This document shows positions 1 through 7,166 of a stretch of DNA of 17,545 bases, piece by piece. The DNA is from an uncultured Bdellovibrionales bacterium (GTDB lineage Bacteria; Myxococcota; XYA12-FULL-58-9; CAYXVF01): contig CAYXVF010000035.1 in NCBI GenBank assembly GCA_964468125.1, forward strand, positions 37,464-55,008, written 5' to 3'. How positions within the stretch are numbered: the first letter of the stretch is position 1; each line of letters opens with the position of its first letter. The translations under genes and the position numbers were made by a program. Under the pieces are notes generated by a model that did no database searches, was not told where the DNA came from, and saw nothing but the letters and a program-made list of their open reading frames with translations.

Positions 1-1500
1 AATTGGAACGACAACGGAAACGATACTGGCGAGTGGCGCGGACTCAGTCTCCAAGCCCATGACGTGTACGACGAGAACGGCGAATCACTCAGCATCTCTA
101 TATCCATCGAAGCGGACGCGACGCAGTGGGCGGGTGGATTGTTGATCGAGCCCGGCGACAGTGGGCCTCCCTATATCGATGTCTGGCTCGAGAGCTCGAG
201 CCCATCCGGTCGCTCGGATTATGCTTACGGCAGCAACTACGACCTCGAATCGGGGACGATCGTTGTCAGTGACGTGTCTGGCGAGCCCGGTGAAGCGGTT
301 CGGGTGGTCTTCGAGGACGCACGCTTTGGCACGCTCCTGTTGAACGGCAGGGTTGAGGACAGCTTGGACGGTCCGCTGGAAATCGACCGCGATGCGCTCC
401 CCCTCGGTGACCTCGAGGAGGAAGAGCTGCCAGAATCACCCGGCGAATGGGTGCGCTACTTCGATGAAAGATGCGGCCCGACCCTCGACGATGCGATCGT
501 TCTGCAGTTCCTCGATGGCTTCGTCGATGAGCTCGCGAGCGCTCGCGTTCTGCTCGATCGATTGATCCGAGTGGAGGGCGAAGCATTCTCCTTCACCGTT
601 CCAGCCGGAACCTTCGCAAACCCCTCCGATGTGCCGTTGGGGATCGTGAGTGCGCTGGGGATGCGTGCGAGTCTCGTCGCCCAAGAGGCACTCCTCGAAG
701 GGATCAGCGCCTACCGCTTCTTCGGCCGGGGGCTCGAGAGCATGATCGGACCCGATGGCGAACTCGATGTGCAGCTCGTGGTCGACGAGCTCAACGCGAG
801 CTTCGCAGAGACCGGTCAGCCGGTGAGCTGGACGCCCTCAGTGACCGATCGCTGGCAGATTTCGCTGCAGGATGGACTGATCGCCCTCGGCGCTTCGCCC
901 TCTGCCGGGTCCCTCGTAGACCTGTCGAAGCTGCCCGAGCGCACGCGATTCGAGCTGAGCTCGGGAATCGTGACCCTGAACGATGTGATTCGAGGGCCTA
1001 CACCTCTGCCTCTGAGTCCTGGCTACGTGCTCAACCCCGGCGATGTCTTCGAAGCCATGCCAGATCGCTACACAATGCGGGGCCAAGCTGGAGGCGATAT
1101 CTGGTTCTTGGACCAATACGACCGGATTGGATTCTCCGAGACGGTGGCGGAGTGGCTCGTGGCCGAGATGGTCACCTTGCCGGAGCCACTCGACGAACAG
1201 CTTCCCTGCACTCAGGATGGAGATTGCGCGCCCTATGGGCGAGGCCTCGTTTGCGGCGGATACGGGTCGTCGGGGTTCTGCTACAGCGACCCGCAACTCG
1301 CTTGCGACACGGACTCTGATTGTCCCGACTTCTACTGCAACTACCAAATCTGCGCCGTTGGACCGCCACAGTTCTTTGACACGTCGGTGCTCGATGAGCT
1401 TCCACGCTTTGGAGGCGTGCTCAACGACCGAGCGGTCCTCGGAGCGATCGAAGCCTTCGACGCGATGGGTGAGCTCGAAGTGATCGTGCGCGAGGACTGA
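1..1500 (+). CDS. Hypothetical protein, 5'-partial (frame 1 has no stop from nt 1; ORF track starts at GTG 64). Acidic protein ending in a compact 8-cysteine C-terminal module.
   Basis: Frame 1 stays open from nt 1 to TGA at 1498-1500. Third-position GC bias fits coding. The module CTQDGDCAPYGRGLVCGGYGSSGFCYSDPQLACDTDSDCPDFYCNYQIC lies at nt 1207-1353. Opposite-strand ORFs (266..586, 838..1347) are R/A-rich shadows. Confidence 0.7.
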   Translation, partial: NWNDNGNDTGEWRGLSLQAHDVYDENGESLSISISIEADATQWAGGLLIEPGDSGPPYIDVWLESSSPSGRSDYAYGSNYDLESGTIVVSDVSGEPGEAVRVVFEDARFGTLLLNGRVEDSLDGPLEIDRDALPLGDLEEEELPESPGEWVRYFDERCGPTLDDAIVLQFLDGFVDELASARVLLDRLIRVEGEAFSFTVPAGTFANPSDVPLGIVSALGMRASLVAQEALLEGISAYRFFGRGLESMIGPDGELDVQLVVDELNASFAETGQPVSWTPSVTDRWQISLQDGLIALGASPSAGSLVDLSKLPERTRFELSSGIVTLNDVIRGPTPLPLSPGYVLNPGDVFEAMPDRYTMRGQAGGDIWFLDQYDRIGFSETVAEWLVAEMVTLPEPLDEQLPCTQDGDCAPYGRGLVCGGYGSSGFCYSDPQLACDTDSDCPDFYCNYQICAVGPPQFFDTSVLDELPRFGGVLNDRAVLGAIEAFDAMGELEVIVRED

Positions 1501-1568
1501 GCCGCGAAATCCTCGAGCGAGCCCTGGCAGGGGGCACGGTGACCGAGGATTTGAAGATTGTGAGAAGA

Positions 1569-1594
1569 CCCCGGCCGGGCAGGGCCGGCCGGGG
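1569..1594. terminator. GC-rich hairpin (10-bp stem ccccggccgg/ccggccgggg, 6-nt loop) between the convergent gene ends 1500 (+) and 1606 (-). Probably a bidirectional terminator.
   Basis: Perfect inverted repeat read directly. It sits in the 105-nt gap between two converging stop codons. U-tracts are weak on both sides, so it may depend on the stem or on Rho. Confidence 0.45.
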
Positions 1595-1605
1595 TCCGGT
1601 TTGAC

Positions 1606-2718
1606 TTAGAGCACCTTCATGACCCGGTCGGCGAGGTTGCCCTCACCGAGCATGACCGTGAGGTTCGCCTTCTCCGCGACCTTCTCAAGCACTTCGAGCT
1701 CACGCATCCGCATGAGCGTCGGGTTCTGCTCGAGCAGCTTCGCGGTGTTGGCGTGCGCACGCGCCGCCGCGGTCTCCTCGCGCCGGGTGATGAGGGCAGC
1801 CTCAGCCGCCTTCTTCGCCTCGGTGACGCGGTTCATGAGCTCCTTCATGTCACCCGGGAGGATCACATCGCGGAGACCCACCCGCTTGACCTGAACACCA
1901 AACTCATTGGCTACCGGGGCCAGCTCGGCGAGCATGCGCTCGGCGATCTGCTCCTTGTCTACGAGCAGCGCATCCAGCGCCACCGCTCCGATCGCCTCCC
2001 GAAGGACGAGCTGACCGGCGCGGTGAAGCGCCTGGGTGAAGTTGTCGACGGCGGTGACCGCCTTCACCGGGTCGGCGACCCGGAAGGTCACACCCGCGTT
2101 GAGACGCAAGGTGACCTTGTCCTGGGTCATGAGCTCCTGCCCGGTCAGCTCGAGCATCTGCTCGCGAGTCTCGAGCTGGAACACCTGCACCCGGCCCCGG
2201 AACCGCCAGGTCACGACCAGACCCGGGGTCAAAAGCTCCTTGAAGTCGCCGTCGACGAAGAGAAGCCCCACATGGCCGGCCTCGACCACGACCCACTCGA
2301 GCCACTCATCGGCACCGCTCGCGCGGAACATGCTCCGAAGTCGAGCGTGCTCGAAGCGCACGTTCGCGGTGGTGTCGAAGAGCTCGACCTCGACGTTCGC
2401 GAAGCTGGTCCAAAGGGCGCGAAGCCCGGGGCCCACCACCGCCTCCGCACGGCCGTCTACCCAGACCATCGCGCGCTGATCCTCGGTGAGGTCCAGCACG
2501 GTCAGGCCCTCGATCGCGACGTCGCTCTTGGCGATCTGAGCGAGCTCGGCATGGTCGAGCCACACCTCACGGGTGTCTACGACTTCGACGCGGGTCTTGC
2601 CCCAGGGAAACGTCCAGACGGTGCCCTCAGTGAGCACCTTCTCGAACACGCCTTCCCGGAAAACGAGACCACGCTCGAAAGGCCGGATCTTCGTCCGCTT
2701 GATTCCAAACATGGTCAT
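1606..2718 (-). CDS. SPFH/band-7 domain protein (slipin/stomatin-prohibitin family). No N-terminal TM anchor is evident.
   Basis: 370 aa. SPFH hallmarks: ERGLVFREG..., TQDKVTLRLNAGVTFRVADP, and a C-terminal coiled-coil region (EAKKAAEAALITRREETAAARAHANTAKLLEQNPTLMRMRELEVLEKVAEKANLTVMLGEG). RBS GAGAGGAGTGA lies 5 nt upstream of ATG (2716-2718). The antisense 371-aa ORF 1753..2868 is a shadow. Confidence 0.85.
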   Translation of the reverse strand: MTMFGIKRTKIRPFERGLVFREGVFEKVLTEGTVWTFPWGKTRVEVVDTREVWLDHAELAQIAKSDVAIEGLTVLDLTEDQRAMVWVDGRAEAVVGPGLRALWTSFANVEVELFDTTANVRFEHARLRSMFRASGADEWLEWVVVEAGHVGLLFVDGDFKELLTPGLVVTWRFRGRVQVFQLETREQMLELTGQELMTQDKVTLRLNAGVTFRVADPVKAVTAVDNFTQALHRAGQLVLREAIGAVALDALLVDKEQIAERMLAELAPVANEFGVQVKRVGLRDVILPGDMKELMNRVTEAKKAAEAALITRREETAAARAHANTAKLLEQNPTLMRMRELEVLEKVAEKANLTVMLGEGNLADRVMKVL

Positions 2719-3129
2719 TCACTCCTCTCGGGCCGCGAGCGGCCCACTATCTCTCTGCTTGCCCACAGGTGCGGGCAAAATGTTCAAAACACTCCTGAGC
2801 TCATCGTGGATGTCCGGACGAGAGCACCGAACCCCGAACGACGCGCTGGACACTCGCTGGCGGGGTGAGGTCGTTTTCCATCGGGGTCTTCGACCGGCGG
2901 ACACCTCCCGCCAATGGGGCCTCGCGCAGCACGCTGCGTTCGGTTGCCCAAGGCTTCGTGTGCCCCCTCGAATCGCGTCGCCCGTTGGCTTTCGATCTCA
3001 CCGCAGGGCCGCTCGATGTCTGTCCCCGCGCCGCTTGCAAAGCCGAAGCGATGCAGTTCGGAACGAAGACGGCGCCTTCGAGGGACGAATGCTCCCGACC
3101 GGACTGAAACGAATCAGGCGTTACAGGCC

Positions 3130-3203
3130 TGGTACGGTACGGGAATTGAACCCGCGACAGTCTGATCCTGAGTCAGATGCTCTACCAACTGAGCTAACCG
3201 TGG
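3130..3203 (-). tRNA. Atypical tRNA-like gene. Type-I cloverleaf (5-nt variable loop) with anticodon loop CUCAGGA, i.e. anticodon CAG (Leu codon CUG). The top of the acceptor stem is mismatched, so it may be a pseudogene or a non-canonical tRNA.
   Basis: Minus-strand read: CCACGGT TA GCTC AGTTGGTA GAGC A TCTGA CUCAGGA TCAGA CTGTC GCGGG TTCAATT CCCGT ACCGTAC CA. D-arm, anticodon arm and T-arm are canonical. Acceptor pairs 3-7/66-70 are Watson-Crick, but 1:72 is C.C and 2:71 is C.A. A GTACG tandem duplication lies at the 3' end. Confidence 0.5.
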
Positions 3204-3330
3204 CGGACCGAGCCCTCCCTTCGTTAGAACCCACTTCGCGGAACACGGAAGCGCAAAACCGCATGTACGGTGCGCACCGCGCCGCTGGCCCAGGAGTACT
3301 CAACCCCTGAGTGTCAATGCCGCGAATCTG

Positions 3331-3379
3331 CGGCCCAAAAATGAAAAAAGCCTCCCGAAACTGAGGCGTCTCGGGAGGC
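3331..3379 (-). terminator. Rho-independent terminator: 9-bp stem gcctcccga/tcgggaggc (3350-3379) followed on the minus strand by UUUUUUCAUUUUU.
   Basis: The inverted repeat and the T-run (complement of A-runs 3335-3349) were read directly. It would terminate minus-strand transcription coming from the 3697..4131 gene and the small unit at 3405..3580. Confidence 0.7.
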
Positions 3380-3404
3380 TTAGAGTCGAAAAAGACCTAG
3401 AAAC

Positions 3405-3512
3405 TCACCGAGAACGTCTCGCGAATGCGGGCCGCAGATGGAGCACGACGGCCGGATGGCCATCGCCGCGCCTGCAGTGGCTTTCGCGCTGTATGAGAGT
3501 GTTCGCGTTCAT
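3405..3512 (-). CDS. Candidate small ORF (35 aa, Arg-rich: MNANTLIQRESHCRRGDGHPAVVLHLRPAFARRSR). May instead be a small RNA.
   Basis: ATG preceded by purine-rich GGAGTAAAGAG. GC3 is about 70%. It lies between a promoter-like element and the intrinsic terminator. It is below the 60-aa cut-off of the ORF track. Confidence 0.25.
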   Translation of the reverse strand: MNANTLIQRESHCRRGDGHPAVVLHLRPAFARRSR

Positions 3513-3551
3513 CACGTGTATCTCTTTACTCCGTCATTGGAGATGGCGCAG

Positions 3552-3590
3552 ACGGTACGGATCGGCAGCTCAAGCGTCAACAGTTTTTTG
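3552..3590 (-). promoter_or_regulatory. Sigma70-like promoter on the minus strand: A-tract (UP-like) GCAAAAAACTG, -35 TTGACG (3575-3580), 17-nt spacer, -10 TACCGT (3552-3557).
   Basis: Motifs read directly. They sit about 35 nt upstream of the small ORF start, in a locally low-GC pocket (3480-3700). Confidence 0.35.
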
Positions 3591-3696
3591 CGCTTTCGCC
3601 ACTGGCTGGCGCCCTTTCTTTGCGCGCATCATCCAGACGCGGCCGGGAGCGGCACGCACGAATTGGCGCTGGCTCGGCCGCAGCGTTCAAGCGCGC

Positions 3697-4131
3697 TCAG
3701 AATGCGCACCCATCCGGAAGCGGCGGCTTCTTCGCTACATGGGGGGCGAAGTTCTCCGGGAGCTCGATCGGCTCGAAGCCGTCGGTAGCACTTCCCACCA
3801 TTGCGTTTCGCACGTAGCCCGAGTCGTTCATGTGGTAGCGGACGATGACCTTCGTGCTCGCGTTGATCTTCACCGGGCCTCCGCGGCGCGTGAAGGGCTG
3901 CTCATCGGTGTGGCTGTGTCCGAGAATCCGGCGGTAGAGCAGCTCGCCTTTGCCGTCGAGCACTTCCCACCAATCCGCATAGTGCTCGCAGCCGCGGTCT
4001 GCGGTCAGAAGGGTGACCGAGAATCTGTAGCGCTGGTCTTCCCCGCTGACCTCCACGCGTTTCACGCCGAGATCGTCAGCGAGAGCAGGCGAGGCCACGA
4101 GACACACAAAACACGCGGATAGAGCTCGCAT
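3697..4131 (-). CDS. Hypothetical secreted protein (144 aa) with N-terminal signal peptide MRALSACFVCLVASPALA.
   Basis: Clear signal peptide. Sequence looks domain-like (CEHYADWWEVLDGKGELLYRRILGHSH). The overlapping + ORF 3493..4122 is R-rich antisense noise. Confidence 0.75.
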   Translation of the reverse strand: MRALSACFVCLVASPALADDLGVKRVEVSGEDQRYRFSVTLLTADRGCEHYADWWEVLDGKGELLYRRILGHSHTDEQPFTRRGGPVKINASTKVIVRYHMNDSGYVRNAMVGSATDGFEPIELPENFAPHVAKKPPLPDGCAF

Positions 4132-4191
4132 CGCTTTTTAGCGTCTCACGCCGGCGGATGCGGCTCAACGTCTCGAGTACGACGCCAACGC

Positions 4192-4989
4192 TCACGGGCA
4201 GCTATCGGGCTCGAAGCGGTAGAGGTCTGCCGACCAATCGAAAACCCACTCGGGCGTGACCACCCTGCCCTGCCCCACCGGATACCAGGGCGATTCGGAG
4301 CCAGGGTGCTTCAGTACGTGGATCTCCTGGGCCGGCATGTAGCTCTGAGCGAGCAGAACGTGCGGCGCACCGGACCGATCCCGGGCGAGGTCGACGACGA
4401 TCACCGCATGGCCGGGAAAGCCCCCTTGAAGCAGCACATCACCGATCCGAATCGTCCGCGCGTCGGGCACACGCGTCAGTCCGCGGGCCAAGGAGGCGCT
4501 GCCGGCGTAGGTGAAGACCAGGTCGAGGTAGCGCCGGAAACTGCGATAGCTCCGATCCGGTTTCGCACTCCGCGTCCACCGGACTTTCGAGCCGCTCACC
4601 TTTGGGCGCATTCCCGTGGCAAACTCGCTCCAACTTGCGCGGTCGCCGCTGGTGAATCGAAAGCAGATGCTGTTCCCGTCACCCCGCGCCCAGAGCATTT
4701 CCGCCCAAAGGCGGATCGCCGCGTCTGCGCACTGCTGGAGGTCACGCCGGCCTACTTCGATATCCAAGACGAGGTAGTGCGCGCCCTGGTTGCGCTTCTC
4801 GCGTCCATCGTGCAAGCGGACCGGCGGGCGGCCGGCCTTCACCGGAAGGGAGCGAAAAAACTCAGTGGCGGCGCCACCGGGGACTCGGGATAAACCGTAG
4901 GAAGGGGCAATACGCTCCCCGAGCGGCCGGCTCGCCATGTCAGGCCCCCAAGGGTGAGCGGCAAAGATGAACGTCAACAGCACGAACAC
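4192..4989 (-). CDS. Hypothetical protein (265 aa). N-terminus is ambiguous: GTG at 4989, with alternative in-frame ATG at residue 18.
   Basis: Long ORF with a conserved-looking core (GDVLLQGGFPGHAVIVVDLARDRSGAPHVLLAQSYMPAQEIHVL). The antisense ORF 4306..4893 is low-complexity. Confidence 0.7.
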   Translation of the reverse strand: MFVLLTFIFAAHPWGPDMASRPLGERIAPSYGLSRVPGGAATEFFRSLPVKAGRPPVRLHDGREKRNQGAHYLVLDIEVGRRDLQQCADAAIRLWAEMLWARGDGNSICFRFTSGDRASWSEFATGMRPKVSGSKVRWTRSAKPDRSYRSFRRYLDLVFTYAGSASLARGLTRVPDARTIRIGDVLLQGGFPGHAVIVVDLARDRSGAPHVLLAQSYMPAQEIHVLKHPGSESPWYPVGQGRVVTPEWVFDWSADLYRFEPDSCP

Positions 4990-5078
4990 GACGCGACTCT
5001 AGCGAAAAAAAGAGACCAGGACCGCCGGCCGCGCAAAGGTACCACTCAGCCGAATCCGATGGCGCGCTGCGCCTCGAG

Positions 5079-5780
5079 TCAGCTCGTCAGAAGCTGGAGC
5101 GGTGTCAAATAGGTCCGTTCCGCAAGTCCGTGCTGCCCACCCGCTTGATGATAGAAGCGATGGGTTCCTTGCCACTCTTTATGGTTCTCACGCAGTATCT
5201 TTCGAACGCTTCGACGGCTCATCGCGTCGGCGTCGGATTGATAGATCACCATCGAGCCATCTTGGTCGACCTCGATGCGGGCCCCGTTCGAGAGGAGCTG
5301 GTTGCGCACATCCTCACTCAGTGGCTGCTCCGCTCCACTCGGCAGGGTCGCAAAAACCCAGCCATCTGCTTGCACGAGATTGGCCCCCGCCGGCAAGCGC
5401 TCCGCGAGCTCGGAGGACGGTCTGTGCCCGTCTTCTTCGAAGAACGCACCGAGGTGGGGGTTGTTGAAGAAGAGCGGGAAGAAGCCCAACTCGCCGTGAA
5501 TGTCGTTACGGTCACGCCATTCGAGGGCGAGGGAGACGGGCCTTCCGGAGTCCGATCCGCCGCTGAACTGCACCTGCTGCACGAACGCGCCATTCAGGGG
5601 CCTCGGGTCGACAGGGAAGGGCGCTCGGGTGGGCTTCGGTAACCGCTCACCGTCGCGAATGGTGTTGCCCGCGCTCCGCGACGCGTTCGGGGGTGCCTGA
5701 ACGCCATCGTCGGTGGGGGGCAGCGTAGCACGGTGTATCTCCGGATTGATCCTGAAGCCCATGTCTCGTCCTTTCCTCAT
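5079..5780 (-). CDS. Hypothetical protein (233 aa). The strand call is tentative against the overlapping + ORF 5130..5642.
   Basis: It is the longest ORF here, and its C-terminal 130 aa look globular (GWVFATLPSGAEQPLSEDVRNQLLSNGARIEVDQDGSMVIYQ). It is co-oriented 103 nt downstream of the 5884..6813 gene. By eye, GC3 does not clearly separate the two strands. Confidence 0.45.
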   Translation of the reverse strand: MRKGRDMGFRINPEIHRATLPPTDDGVQAPPNASRSAGNTIRDGERLPKPTRAPFPVDPRPLNGAFVQQVQFSGGSDSGRPVSLALEWRDRNDIHGELGFFPLFFNNPHLGAFFEEDGHRPSSELAERLPAGANLVQADGWVFATLPSGAEQPLSEDVRNQLLSNGARIEVDQDGSMVIYQSDADAMSRRSVRKILRENHKEWQGTHRFYHQAGGQHGLAERTYLTPLQLLTS

Positions 5781-5883
5781 CCCTCGAGGTGCATACCCGT
5801 CGGCAAGGGTCGCGGGTTATCGCACATCGATTATCTTTCGTGAACACTCGACCCGTTTTGGGACGAAGGGCCTCAGAAGCCGC

Positions 5884-6813
5884 TCATTCGGACAGGAGAT
5901 CGCCGCTGAAGAGGAATCCGAGGCCGACATAGGGGACAGCTCGGCTCACGTCTTCACCGGTGCGGAAGCGGTGCTCGATGTGCCATTGGGTCAGGAGAAG
6001 GAGTGTCGGTGTTTGAATCCGCCCGCCGGGCTCGGAGTCGAACTGGTAGGCGATGAGTGGGCCGGCTCGGTGGATGATGTTGTCTGGGGCATCGTCGCTC
6101 GCGCGGTGGCGATCCTCATAGAAGGGCTTGGAGTAGGTGTAGCGGCCGCCCAGGATCAGGCCTACACGGGTGAGGTAGAGGAGGTCGGTCTCGTTCGTCA
6201 CGACCCAGCCACCGTTTGGCATCAGCACATCGTAGATCTGATCGTAGAAGGTCGTGTCCCCTTCGCGCAGCTCCATGTCCGCGCGATAGGCACGGGTGAA
6301 GTTGCGCAGAGCGATGGGCCCCGCCTTGATCTGAAAATCGCTGCCGAGGGTCAGCTCCGTGCCGTTCGTGCTCTGGTTTTCCGTCCCCGGTTGGTCCGCG
6401 CGATCGGAAATCGCGCTGTCGCTGAAGTCCGACTCGGCCCCCGGGAACGACGCCAGAAGATTGAAGGTCCCGAAGTACTGCACAAACACGTAGCGGGCCC
6501 AGAGTCGCCAGACGGTGAGTGGCTTTACCTCCACGATGCCGCCGATGCGCAGCCAGGCGGGACTCAGCCCCCCGGCGAGCCCTCCACCGATGAAATTCTG
6601 GCGCAGAATCAGTAAGTCGTCGTCAAAGAGACGAACGCGCCCGGTGAGGTAGAAGAAATCGACGAGGCCCAATGGGTTGACGCGGACCGCCGAGAGATTC
6701 TCGTAGGCGACGGAGACCGGCGGCTGTTTTGCCACCTCCTCCTGAACATCGCGTTCGGGAACGGAGGGAAAGAGCAGCACCGCCGCCAGGACCAGGGAAG
6801 AAGAAATGAGCAT
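5884..6813 (-). CDS. Secreted, probably outer-membrane-associated hypothetical protein (309 aa) with signal peptide MLISSSLVLAAVLLFPSV.
   Basis: Signal peptide present. Alternating hydrophobic beta-strand-like segments, with aromatic/Gly-rich C-terminus GLGFLFSGDLLSE. The antisense 300-aa ORF 5713..6615 is A/V/G/R-rich shadow. Confidence 0.75.
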   Translation of the reverse strand: MLISSSLVLAAVLLFPSVPERDVQEEVAKQPPVSVAYENLSAVRVNPLGLVDFFYLTGRVRLFDDDLLILRQNFIGGGLAGGLSPAWLRIGGIVEVKPLTVWRLWARYVFVQYFGTFNLLASFPGAESDFSDSAISDRADQPGTENQSTNGTELTLGSDFQIKAGPIALRNFTRAYRADMELREGDTTFYDQIYDVLMPNGGWVVTNETDLLYLTRVGLILGGRYTYSKPFYEDRHRASDDAPDNIIHRAGPLIAYQFDSEPGGRIQTPTLLLLTQWHIEHRFRTGEDVSRAVPYVGLGFLFSGDLLSE

Positions 6814-6919
6814 CCTTCCCGCTTACTCGGAACCCGGCGACCAGGGCAAAACGCATCGCGTCGAGAATCCGCCGGGGCCGCGCGGCATCCCCGCATCTGC
6901 CACCGGCGGATGCCGGGGA

Positions 6920-7003
<84 letters not shown>

Positions 7004-7018
7004 AGGCGAGGATGACGG

Positions 7019-7047
7019 CTCTTAGGCGATTCAGCTCAGGTCGTCAA
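7019..7047 (-). promoter_or_regulatory. Probable promoter for tRNA-Leu: -35 TTGACG (7042-7047), 17-nt spacer, -10 TAAGAG (7019-7024). This gives a leader of about 9 nt.
   Basis: Hexamers and spacing read on the minus strand immediately upstream of the tRNA 5' end (7003). Confidence 0.45.
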
Positions 7048-7166
7048 GCGTTCTTCGGCGTCTTTGCAGCGGAGCGCCATCTGGTTCGCAAACTCTCGAT
7101 TGTCTCGAAGTCCAGTCTGGTGAATCCTTTCAGCTATTCCTTTCACCTCTCAGCAAGGAGCACTGA

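Noticed and set aside
1753-2868. 371-aa plus-strand ORF
   Set aside because: It is antisense to the SPFH gene, R/G/L/H-rich and low-complexity, and has no RBS. It is a shadow ORF.
2573-3310. 245-aa plus ORF spanning the SPFH start, the intergenic region and the tRNA-like gene
   Set aside because: It crosses a tRNA-like element and the promoter region, is extremely R/S/P-rich, and has no RBS.
3130-3379. tmRNA (ssrA) instead of a tRNA at 3130-3203
   Set aside because: The element has a canonical D-arm and anticodon arm directly after the acceptor 5' strand. A tmRNA lacks these, and no ~350-nt body with a tag ORF is present.
3493-4122. 209-aa plus ORF
   Set aside because: It is antisense to the secreted-protein gene 3697..4131, which has a clean signal peptide. 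It is R-rich.
5713-6615. 300-aa plus-strand ORF
   Set aside because: It is antisense to the signal-peptide-bearing 5884..6813 gene. Its composition (A/V/G/R) is typical of antisense translation in high-GC DNA.
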